Shown: piece by piece, positions 48,991-60,276 of the stretch
How the letters are laid out: the number at the start of each line of letters is the position of its first letter
Numbering within the stretch: position 1 is the stretch's first letter
Assembly: GCA_965112155.1 (NCBI GenBank)
Contig: OZ218114.1
Source of the DNA: Podarcis liolepis
Lineage: Eukaryota
DNA: 64,000 bases
Reading direction: 5' to 3' (one strand)
Position numbers and translations under genes: made by a program
Notes under the pieces: model-generated
Databases searched by the model: none
Seen by the model: only the letters and a program-made list of their open reading frames with translations
Told to the model about the DNA's origin: nothing

Positions 48991-50152
48991 ATCATGCTAA
49001 ACTACAGTTCTGCAACCATGCTATCCTCATTAGATCACTACAATCCTATGGAAATGTGCGCCTGACTTAGAAAAATAATGCTCATGATTTGAATATTTTG
49101 GGTGCGCTTGTTTTGATAAATCCATGAGCTAGTCTCGGTTTCTAGTCTGGCTTAGGTAGAAAACCATCATTTTAATGTAGAAGGCAGTCTGAGACAGAGG
49201 AACGGGGGCAGGGAAATCAAACAGGAAATATAACTAACCTCCTTTTCTTTCCAGCTGTGGGAAACCTAGATAAATTTCTCTCTGCTAATAAACGACACTC
49301 TCATTTTGCACCTGAGCCTTTCTGTGGAACTGGCTGTGGCAATTGTTCATTTTTTAATATATATTATTTTTCCGCCAGAACTTTTGTGCATTAAAAAAAG
49401 TCCTTCATGCATCAGGAACCAGCGTAATGTAATACTTGTCTTATCTTCACACTTACTCAGCAGGTATTTACAAAAGGGCAGTGGGAAAGTCTTTCAACTC
49501 AATCCTGTTAACTCTGCACAGGATGTGTCCGGATCAGATATGCTTACCTGCTTCTCCTACCTTAGGGCCACGCAGCTGCCATAAAGCCTTTGCTTTTTCA
49601 CCCAGTGTATTTCCTTTTCTAACAAACCTTATTGACTTCATGCTACTCTATGTCTTAGGGCTGTGACAGCACAATGGCTTATAAGAGTGATCTGTAAGTC
49701 CCACTTGTAGGCTGGTGCTCTCTGATATGATGGAAGTGGCTTAGGTGCAACCAGCTTTCCTCCAGCTGAAAACTGGCACAACCTCATCCATCCTTTGCTG
49801 CTTAGCTGGGATACTTAGCAATGCAACCTGGTTTGAAAGCTGCAGCCTGTGCAATGTAGGCTGTGAGATCAGCTCTTTTTTTGCAGTTGGCAGTGGTTAC
49901 AATCCTCTTTTTGGAACTTATTTTAATGCTCAAATCATTTCCTTCGAAACCTTGGTTTGTGTCTTGGGAATGCCAGGGGGTGGCCGGGGGGGGGGGTAAC
50001 CCCCTTCAGTTCCTACTGTGCTCCTACTTTGTCACCTTTAGGGGCTCATTGTACTTGAACTAATTCGCTGTGTCTTCCCTCTATGCCACAGTTAATGTTG
50101 CTTTTGGTGTGCTAGTTGAGTTGAGCATGTGGGTTCTTCAGTTACTGGGACT

Positions 50153-50355
50153 CGGGGCCTGCCCAAGACATTTTGACACCTGAGGCAAACTATAAAATGG
50201 TGCCCCTCCCAGGTCAGGGAAGAAGGGGTGACTGAAGCCTCTCCATCAGGAACAAGGATGTGAGGAGGCAAGGAGTACCTCCTATTTGCCAAGATGCTGC
50301 TGTAAAGGGTGGCATTGCGGGGGGCTGCCAAGGAGGCAGCAGATCCAGCCTCCAA
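50153..50355. mobile_element. Degraded Harbinger-like non-autonomous element fragment
   Basis: GGGGCCTGCCCAAGACATTTTGACACCTGAGGCAAA...AAATGGTGCCCC start. Recalled similarity only. Confidence 0.35.
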
Positions 50356-53300
50356 GGAGTGTTCACTCCTATTTCTAATAGGCTTAGGCAGCAGACAGAT
50401 TTTTTAAAGCGTTTATATATAAAAAAATATGCTGCTTGACCCCACACATTGAAAAGGGCCTCGAAAGAAAAACTTTATACATTGCACTTGTGTTAACCAT
50501 GTTCTCTCCTGTGCAATGATTTGTATTGCAGCTGTCTGTACTGTTTTAATTCTTTGCCATGTGAATGCAAAATAAGCTTTTGAGTTATACTTGTGGTAAT
50601 GTACAAAAATGTTATCTTCTGTCTAAAGAAGGATGTTCACAGAATCACCTTGGTGGCTGGATTTTACTTTTTACGCTCTTACAGTTAAAATGAAAGTCTT
50701 AGAAACATCTGATGAAAATTAGGAGGAGCCCATCCCCGTTTCTGCTGGCCAGGGCAGAAGGCAGAACTTTGGTGCTTTATGCCACTTCTTGCTGTCCTTA
50801 GCCCCCTCCTCTTCAGCCCCCCCTCATCCTTTTGTCCTTCTATTCCCCAGCTCAAGACAAATGGAAAAGCCAAACTCAGGCAAAGTTAAACACCTGCACA
50901 TTTCCTTTATTTACAGAGTTTTATTCTGATACAGAACTTGGATTTCCGCTTTGCTTTGGTGTGGTGTACGTGCAGATCCATTTAGCAATTGGTGAGGAAG
51001 AACAGATGTGTGCTCTTTGAAAAGGAAACCAAAATAAGAATTAGGACTTCTGACCATCTGCCTGGCTTAATATTATCCAGTTCTGCTTCTCACATTTGGC
51101 TTATAGGCAGAGACTAGTTAGGGTGAGTTCTGAATAATTAAACTTCATGACATTCGGTACAGCTTGTGTGTGCATGCAATTTTATTTTACCCTGCAAACG
51201 TAAGCGCTTATAGCTCTTTTTGCTACAAAATGCGGTGTCTTCCTTTCTGACTTGGGGAGCCAGCAATCTGACCTCACGGCACGACAGTTTGATCAGGACC
51301 GGGCTGCAATAAATTATAAAATCCTTTCTGATCAAGACGGGCCTTGTGCTGCAGAGCCTCAGAAAACTGGCCAAAAGGTTTTAGGCATTGACCTGTTCCC
51401 TTCCCTGTCCCCTCCCTCTCCCAATAGCTGTTAATATTAAGGTGTTACTTATGTACAGATATACAGGTGTGTGTGTGTTACCTACATTTTTTGTATTGTT
51501 TGGAAAAGAAAATAGGTTGCAACTCTAGAGTCCTCATACTGTTAATCTGCACGCAAGCCCCATGAAAGGAAAAAGAATTATTCCTGCTGACGATGGCTAA
51601 TGTCCCGTGAAAATAAAAACGCAAGCTGCTTTGCACCTGGTTTCTCAAAGTGCTGAAGGAGCAATGTTCCCTCCAGCCTCTCTGTAGTGGTGTCACCAGA
51701 GCGCCGGGTCCAAGGATCAACTCTTCTTTCCCAAACAGACTCTTATCCCAGAGTGGTTTGACAAGATCTGGACCGGCTATTGTGCTAAGAATGTGATAGA
51801 GCAGCTTCTCTGATCTGGTGATGTTCATATGTTTTGAGTTATATCCTCTATTGCTGTGCTGGCTACAGCTGATGAGAGTTGTAGTCCAAAACAACTGGGA
51901 GACAGCAGGTTGGGGCAGGCTGTCACAGAAACTGGATTCCCAAAGTGTGGAGTACAATCTGTGCATATGCATGGCTGTGCATGCACATACGGGCAAGTCA
52001 CTAAAGGGAAGACACAAATGCTATCCTGGTTTGCTTACCTCCTATTCAGAATTTTTTGTCTTTAATAGAACTGAGCCAAAACGATTGTCTTCAGTGTGAA
52101 TTTGGTGATGCACACACCAGCTTGAAATCCTCCCCAGAATTTGCTTTAAGTATGCTTCTTCTTTGCCTGTTTGCAGAAAGGCAGTAGAAGAAAGCTGATG
52201 CTTCTTGTAATTATTTCTGCTGTGTTATGATCCCGGGAGAGAGGCAGTGCTGCCCACTTGCCAAGGCAATGCAGGGGTTTTCTACTTCCCCCAAGTTTAT
52301 TGCCTGTGCAAAGGCTACAACTTGAGGTTTGTAGAGCTTGAGTTTGGGCTCAGCTCTAGACTTGAATGCGCTGGGCTGCAAAACACTGACCCTGCTCCTC
52401 CCCACCTCGTCAGGCTAACATGGACAATTGTACACCCAGTGTTTTGCTGGGAAATAAATTACAGTGCTGTGAGAGGCTAAGGAAGCAGCTCCCTCCTTCT
52501 CAAGGAAACAGGCCCTTTTCTTTTCTTTTCTTGCCTTGTGCTGTTTCCACTAAACATTAGCATACACACACCAGGTAGTTCATATGGTACCGCAAAACTG
52601 CCTGAGCCCAGATTAAGGGCAGCTTGTTTATGTTTCGGGGTTGTCCATGCAGCATTTTATTCCTGATTTGCACAAGTCACAGTTTTCAGTCATTCTCCCC
52701 ACACTACCAGCTCTATCCAGAGGTAGGCCAACTTACAGACAAAAATCCTGTGAATATCTGGCTTAATTTTTAACAAGCGTCCCTAGTCCTTATGGTTACA
52801 GAAAGGAAAACTATAAAAACAGGCATGAGAGAAGCTGCTGAGTTTGTGGCTCCCCCCCCCCCTTTCTCATATATATCTGGCACTGAGCTTAGCATTCTGG
52901 CCCCTTAGTCAACCCAGGTCAAGCATTGCACTAGCTGAGGAGGGCGCTAACTTTTAAAAGCTTTTTTTTATATTAAAAAATTCCTACCACTCGCAATTGT
53001 AGAAAGAAACTTGAAAACAGACAAGAAAGAAGCACCTCAACTCTGGCTTTTAAAAAACCTATATCATGAATACTTAGAGAGAGAAAATTTGGAAACTGGT
53101 CAAGAAAATGGCTATGCTGTTTTTTGGTTTTGTTTTTGCTTTTCCTGGTTGGGTAGCGGCCCTAAGGGTGAGCCATTACTTCAGGCTGGCTGGTTTGCTG
53201 TCCATCTGCAACAAAGCAGGCAGGAGGGGACTGCTGTGACTTTGTCTCTCTCACCACTGATGCTGGGGGGAAATGAGCTTGCAGAAGACTGGTTTTGGTT

Positions 53301-54204
53301 CAGGGCTGACGGGGTGAACCAACATTGATCTCATAAGACTAGGGTTTCAAATTCAGTTCGCTTTTGTAGAACAAAGAGGAAACCTTTAAAAAAATCAAGT
53401 CCTTGATAAGGAATCCTATCAGGCATCTTTCTCTCTCCCCCTGCCCCACCCCCTGCTTGTTTAGTAGAATAATTCAGCGACATTTTATTTACATAAAGCT
53501 GTCACATTTTGGCTAGGATTAGAGGGAAGTAGTACATTGCATGACATTCTGTCAGTTTTATGTTGTGAAGAAAGCCATATTGACACTGATGGCTGTTTAA
53601 CAACCTCCAGATTTTGTTTTTTGAGAGAGTGCTCTGTTTCGGAAGTGGGCTCAGAGCCCTTCTGCTGCACAGCCTCCTGAGCTTGGCGCTGATGTATATC
53701 CACCTGTGCTGGAGAAAGAGAACTGAGGTCTGTTTGCACTGGAAATCAGTGCTCTTTGCAAAGTATGTTAGCCGAAGCAGTTTCCAAGAATTGGTAACTG
53801 CAATTACATTTTTGTTGTATTCTTGTACAGACAAAAGAAAGTGCTTATTATAATTGAAGCGGGTCTAACAACTTAGCAGAAACAAAGTTCCATTAAAACA
53901 AATTCCCCATTGTAAATCAATAAGTTCGTTCAAAAGCCATTGAGCGCGGTGGATTGGGGCTTGCCTTTCAAGCAAATATGTTTGCGATTCTGATAATTTG
54001 AATCAGAGCATGGCAAGATGTTTAATCACTGTTAATCTGACAGCGTTAGAGATTATTCATGACAGTTGCTTCAATAGTTCTAAATGCTTAAGTCAAAACA
54101 CACGGCAGTGACTTGTGCTGAAGGAACCTAAAACTGGTGGGGAATAGAAGTCAATCCAGGCTACAGAGCTGATGTGCAGGTGGCATCACATTTTTTTAAG
54201 GGAG

Positions 54205-54388
54205 TGGATGCACATCTTAGCAGTGGAGCACCAGGCTTTGCATGCAGAAGGTCCTGGTTTTCAATCCCTGGCATGCCCTGTAAAAATAAAATATTGAGCG
54301 GCAAGCTTGGAGGCCTTGGAGATCTGCTGCCAATCTTTAGAGACAGTGCTGAGTTGGACAGACTGGTGGGTGGTCTGGCTCGGTATGT
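54205..54388 (+). mobile_element. tRNA(Ala)-derived SINE with CR1-like tail, degraded
   Basis: GAGCAC...GCTTTGCATGCAGAAGGTCCTGGTTTTCAATCCCTGGCAT head, then GGAGATCTGCTGCCAATC...GACAGTGCTGAGTTGGA...GGTCTGGCTCGGTAT. A weaker relative lies at about 31560-31765. Confidence 0.65.
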
Positions 54389-54752
54389 TATTACTATTTA
54401 TTATTTATTAAATTTTTATACCCGCCTTTGCCCACAGATCTTAGTGTGGTTCACACCTTTGTATAAGACACCTTTGTATATTTGTATGCAAGAATGTGTC
54501 AGGATTTGGGAGTAAAATTGCTTTTCCTTTTCCAGTCAGCTAGTATAATGAAGCTGCAAGCTGTTTAGGAATCAAAGAGACTTGGGTGATGATCCTTCCT
54601 ATGCTTGGTTTATGAGCCTTAAGGCAGTTAGCTTGTTGTTATTAAACACCTCCTTTCAGGTGAGCTGGTTGTCCCTGTTGGAATCAGGGTGCTGGGCTAT
54701 TGTTATTTAACACTTACAAAGCATCTAAAATGTTTTACGTGCTGTACAACTA

Positions 54753-55412
54753 CAGTGGTACCCCGCAAGACGAACGCCTCGGAAGACGAAAAACTCGCTA
54801 GACGAAGGAGTTTTTCATTTTCTTAGCCGCTTCGCAAGACGCATTTCCCTATGGGCTTGCTTCGCAAAACGAAGCTTGCCCCACAAGCTCCGGGGATAGC
54901 GGGGAAGCGCAGCGCGTCTTCCCCGCTGTCCCCGGACCCCTTTTGAACCAAGGGGTGGCAACGGGGAGAAGCAATCTTCTCCCCTCCGCCCTTTGCTTCA
55001 AAAGAGGGGACAGAGGGGAAGGCGTGCACGCCTTCCCCTCTCTCCCCGGACCCCTTTTGAACCAAGGGGCGGCAACGGGGAGAAGCGATTCTCCCCGCTG
55101 CCCCTTCCCTTGCTTTAAAACAGGTCCGGGGACAGAGGGGAAGGCGCGCGCGCCTTCCCCTCTGTCCCCGGAGATTGCGGGGCAGGCAACGGGGAGAAGC
55201 AATCTTCTCCCCGCCGCCCCTTGCTTTAAACAGGTCCAGGGACAGAGGGGAAGGCGCGCGGCGCTTCCCCTCTGTCCCCGGACGGTCTCCATAGGAACGC
55301 ATTGATTGATTTTCAATGCATTCCTATGGGAAACCGTGCTTCGCAAGACGAAAAACTCGCAAGAAGAAAAAATTTGCGGAACGAATTAGTTTCGTCTTGC
55401 GAGGCACCACTG
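54753..55412. mobile_element. Tc1/mariner (Tigger/pogo-like) MITE with an internal hairpin array
   Basis: TA|CAGTGGTACCCCGCAAGACGAA ... TTCGTCTTGCGAGGCACCACTG|TA, subterminal GCAAGACG(AA) repeats, and internal palindromes. Confidence 0.95.
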
Positions 55413-55765
55413 TACTTAAAGATAAACCAGCCACTTTCCCACAGACTCACAGTCTAATGGACAGGATACAAAAGGAAGGAGCAAGCCCTGGAGTAGCTGA
55501 TCCACAGAGCCAGCTTGGTCTCCTTCTTGCCATGATCTTCCTACTAGACTTCAACGCAGCACCTGGCTGGTGACATGGCGTGCCTCCCGTCAGGTCCCAG
55601 GAACAACTGGCAATTGGAGCAGTTTTAAAAGTAGTTTGCTGTGTGACATGGGCCTTGAGTGGGGCTGCTGTTTGAGAATCATGAATGGAGCATGTGGAAT
55701 TAGTTGTAGAGAACTGCAATGAAAGGTGAATCCAGCCTATGCATGTTAACATTAAGACAGCTTCT

Positions 55766-56100
55766 CATAATACTAGAACTGCCGACCACCCAGTGGGACA
55801 ATCAGCAGGAGATTCAGGGCAAGACAGAGGGCATGCTTTTTCCACATAGCACCCAGTCAGCCTATGGAATTTACTGCTGCAAGAGGTAGTGATGAATGGC
55901 CCCTGGCTTTGATGACTCTTTCTGCAGCTATGAGCTATGATAGCTAAGTGGCGCTTCCATGTTAGTAGCATGTCTCTGAATCCCAGTCACTGGAAAACAG
56001 CATCAGGAGAGGGCCATTGCATACACACCCTGCTTTTGGGCTTTCCAGGACTGACCACTCTGGGGGACAGGATGGTGGACGTGGATCAAACTTGGATCAT
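55766..56100 (+). mobile_element. Old CR1 LINE 3' fragment
   Basis: CATAATACTAGAACT...AGATTCAGGGCAAGACAGA...CTATGGAATTTACTGCTGCAAGAGGTAGTGATG, followed by a 3' UTR antisense to the 57040-57330 type. Confidence 0.65.
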
Positions 56101-57039
56101 GTAAGGTGCAGAAGCACTGAGAGCAACATTATGAATAGGTGCCACAATCTGTAGTTTGCTTGGCCTTTGGTACTGGAGGCCATCCCCAGCATTCTAGAGA
56201 GAAAAAGTGACCTATCTTGGCAACCTCACAGCAAAAGCTTTCCACAGAGAGAAGGCACCACAAAAGTAAATGAGTCATGGCCTGCTTAGTTGAGTCCAAA
56301 ATGGTGCTAAAGAAACACTACCTGCTAAGTTCTAGGCTGCGGCCACCTCTGGTTTTCCTAGTAGAAAGGCAAAAGACATTGCTCCTTTTTCTTTATCACA
56401 GTTCTCCAGATTCATCCTCTGTTTTGAGGAATGTGTTGGCAAACGTAGCAGGTTTATATAATGCATTCCATCCTGCAGAGTAGGAAATATGATCCTTATC
56501 AAAACAGGTTGGCATTCCTTTCTTTTAACGGGCCTTGTGTCTTTTCTTCTATACCTATACAAGTCTGTTCATTGTGAATGGAAGGATAGATTTTCCCCGT
56601 GTATTGATTGCTTTTGCAGCATGCTAAATTTTGTCTTGGACTGGGATCGCAAAGTGCATCAAACTTGATTAACATACAGTACATGGAAGGCCATAGGAAG
56701 CTCTGTAGCTCTGTTTTTGATATGTGCACTCCACTGGCTATATGGAGGTGGTACTTACAGTCCAACCCTGGGATCTCATGGCAAGGTGACGGGGGGGGGG
56801 GGTCTGCTGTTTGGCCTCTTAATCAAATGGTGAGTGACTAAGAATAGTGGCTCCCACCAGTGACTCCCTCAAAATGCCCTTGAACAATTCAACATCTTGT
56901 ATGTTCTAAGAAAAGCATTGTTATTGCTGCTGGGGAAGGGTAAGGTCAACTCTTGCACAAGTGAGTAAACGTGAAATCTGAGTAGTTTTGGAAAAGATTC
57001 CAGACTAGTATTGTTACATGTCTTAGAGCAATATAACAT

Positions 57040-57330
57040 AAATTCTGCAGACCAGAGATCCATCTAGGCCAGTATCTTTCTTTCTTCATCAGCCCAAAAG
57101 AAGTCTCCTGGGAAGCCCAGAAGCAGGGTATGAGGGTCATAACCCTCTCCTGTTGTTGCTCCCCATCAACCAATATTCAAAGTATGGCTCTGAACATGGA
57201 GGTGCCACATAATGATCATGAGTAACAACTACTGATAGTTCTCTTCCTCCTCCATGAATTTCTCTAAGCCTCTTATAAAGCCATTTAAGCAAGTGATGGT
57301 CTTCCCATTTTGTGACAGTAAATTCTTAGA
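57040..57330 (-). mobile_element. Old CR1 LINE 3' fragment
   Basis: CAGACCAGAGATCCATCTAGGCCAGTATC...GGGAAGCCCAGAAGCAGGG...CCATGAATTTCTCTAAGCCTCTTATAAAGCCAT. Confidence 0.7.
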
Positions 57331-59850
57331 ATTTAACTAGCACCCAATGCTCTCTTCAGATGTTACCAGGAGGTTCTGCTGAATGGAGCAGTTCTGCACT
57401 TTAGGCAACCCTCGCTAACACCTCTCCAGATATTACCTCTTTAGGTCTTTGCAGGCAGGAGTTGGAGCTGAAGTCAACTACTGCAGGCTTTAAAAAATGT
57501 GGCTCAACACAACTGTCTGGCAGTTATGCTTTGGTTTGTGCCCAGGCTTAAGTTGGCATTGTGAGACATGGCTAGTGACTTGGCCCTGACTCCTGACCAG
57601 CCAAACCCCATTATTAACAAGCTGTTGGCTCAGCACCCCACAAAAAGGAGCCTATTTGCAGAGGCCAGAGCACACAAGGCCTGCACTGCAGAGACAGTTC
57701 AGCCTTGTGACATTTTGAGTAAATAGTCAGTGGTTTATCTTCATTACCAGAAGGAAAGGAAAAGATGCCCTGAGGGGTCATCTTGGATTTTAAAAGAGGT
57801 GGGTAATCAGGTTAAAATACTTTGTTTTTGTCCAACTGCACTGTAATCTAACTGCAAGGCTTGATAAAAAGGGGTGTTATCTCCCTCCCACCCACCCCAG
57901 CGCCGCCCCCACCTGGCTTTGCAACATGCAATTGTCTTGTTTAATTTATACAGGGGAAAATAGTAAATCTGCAGGAGTGAGTTGCTGGCTCTTAGAGTTT
58001 CACTTGGGTATTTAAAATAATAGCACCTGACAGTTTACGAGTAGCTAAGAGGTTTTTTTCTGCTTCAGAAAGCAAAATATTATATGAGTTGTGCAGTGTG
58101 TATAAATAATCGGAGGAATTAAGCCAACAGTGCCCAGTATGGTTCCAGAGTGAGAGAACGGAAAGAGCAGGAAAGTTCGCACGTGAGGTTGAGCAAATTT
58201 TAAATGCAGCATATATCTGTGTTGTTTGATCTCATTCTTGTTCTTGGACTTTGTCTAAATTTTCAAACTATTGGGGAGGGGGAGGTCACACTGTTAAATC
58301 CCTTCTTAGCTTTTAAAAGACGAACAACAACAATAATCCTGAGCTAAGCAAAGCAGCAGTGGTCAAAACAAACGTGATCTTCAACAGCTCCTTATAGTGA
58401 TGCTGAAATTAATATCGAATCATAGAACAGGTGAAATGGAAACCTTTTTTCTGGCCCGGTCAGCTGTTCCTAATGCATATTCTTTGCCCCACTGTGTCCT
58501 GCTGCAAGATGAGTACTTGTTTGCCATCAGGAACAAACATATTTAAGTCTGCAAAGCACATCCTCTTCTGAATGTGATAAACTTGCAAACGGCTTTGTAA
58601 TTTTGGGCTGTGCCAAAAAATGTCTTATTCTCGCTGCTGGAGATTATTTGGGGGTGGGAGTTCTGAACATCTGTCCTATAAAGTGGACTTTGTTCATCTT
58701 CTCTGGGCAAGATCAGGTGATATGTCAGTTTAAATCAAAACAGTCGGGCAATTATTTTCCCCCAGGTCACCCCGAGTGGTGACCTGTCTACTCTGGGCAT
58801 CTCATTTTAGGCACTCAAGCCTGAAAATAAACTGTTGGGTGTAGCAGTTCCCAAGATGGGCATCATCTGGAAAGCCACACCTGAGATCGCCTCTTCTGAC
58901 TCTTCTCGTTCTTTTGGGCCAGAATTAGCTTGATGAGAAATGAGTTGGGTGTAACATCCTTTCCAGGATGCATCATCAGCAGTTGTGCGTAGAAGTGTAC
59001 ATATTGAGGTGATACCTTCAGCAAGTCACCAGGATCCATTCTGGGAAATGATCCTGTGGACATATGCTCCAGTCATTTCCTTGACCTGCCTTGAGCAAGA
59101 TGGTATTGGGATTAGAGGGAAAACTTTGAATTTCTGTTCTTTCCAATTACCTTAAGCTTTCATTGTTTCAATATGGATATTAATTTTGCTTTTCCTGCTG
59201 AAGTAGACAGAAGCAAACTGAGCAGTGCTCCTTGCTCATCCAGCAAAGCTTCATCTTCCCATGTTCAGGAGACGTATGCTCAGTTTGGTCCTCTTGCAGA
59301 GTAGCTGCATGCTTGGACCCCTTCATGTTTCAGAGTAAGCATGCTTCACCCCACTGACCACCCAAGCCAGATTCCTCCGGCTGCTTGCCAGTCCCCCGCC
59401 CAAAGAGCAATGAAGCCTGGCAACCCTGATGGTTCAGCACTGAGCTTTAATGGAGGCTGCAGAGAGTTTGCTTTGTGTTGTTTTTTCTTTCCCGGTGCCT
59501 TATTTCACGGCTGTCACTATCTGTTCTGTACGTATTCGAAAAGATTAGCTTATTGACAGGCTCCTTGATTCAGTAGTAATAAACTCGTTGATTCCACAGA
59601 GCCCAAGATAGATCTGTACAATTATCACCTCGGTCAACATTCATTAATTGGGGGTGTAAGTGAATGGTGAATGTTACACTTAATGGCAGATGCTTCTTGG
59701 GCAAAGATGCACAGCATGCCTGGGCTACAAACCTGAATACTGACTTTACTGTTATAGTTTCCACTCCAGGACCTAGAAATGATGGTTCTGTAAGGGTGGG
59801 TCTAGAGTCAATTTTATTATTGTTATTATTTTTCATGAGATCTGGTGCTG

Positions 59851-59887
<37 letters not shown>

Positions 59888-59888
59888 C
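59851..59888. repeat. (GT)n(GC)n alternating purine-pyrimidine tract
   Basis: Direct observation. Confidence 0.97.
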
Positions 59889-60022
59889 TCTCCTGTAAAC
59901 CACCCTGGTAATGTTGATTAAAGGACAGTCTAGAGATTCTTCAAGATAATAGTACTCGCATGAGGACAGGTCGCTATCCACTCTGTATTTCACAATCTCT
60001 CATTGTTGATCCCTTCCTAACT

Positions 60023-60276
60023 GGAGAGCCAGTGTGGTGTAGTGGTTAAGAGCGGTAGTCACGTAATCTGGGAAACCGGGTTCGCGTCTCCGCTCCTCCA
60101 CCTGCAGCTGCTGGGTGACCTTGGGCCAGTCACACTTCTGTGAAGTCTCTCAGCCCCACTCACCTCACAGAGTGTTTGTTGTGGGGGAGGAAGGGAAAGG
60201 AGAATGTTAGCCGCTTTGAGACTCCTTAAAGGGAGTGAAAGGCGGGATATCAAATCCAAACTCTTCTTCTCTTCTT
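60023..60276 (+). mobile_element. Full-length Squam3-like tRNA-derived SINE
   Basis: GGAGAGCCAGTGTGGTGTAGTGGTTAAGAGC (A box), GGGTTCGCGTCTCC (B box), GCTGGGTGACCTTGGGC core, L2-like AGCCGCTTT...AAAGGCGGGATAT end and (CTT)n tail. Confidence 0.88.

Noticed and set aside
54823-55346. Overlapping 120-165 aa repetitive ORFs on both strands
   Set aside because: By-product of the GC-rich palindromic MITE interior; no transposase motifs.
58863-59090. Minus-strand 66-aa ORF with protein-like composition
   Set aside because: All three frames from the nearest acceptor hit stops; no recognisable homology.
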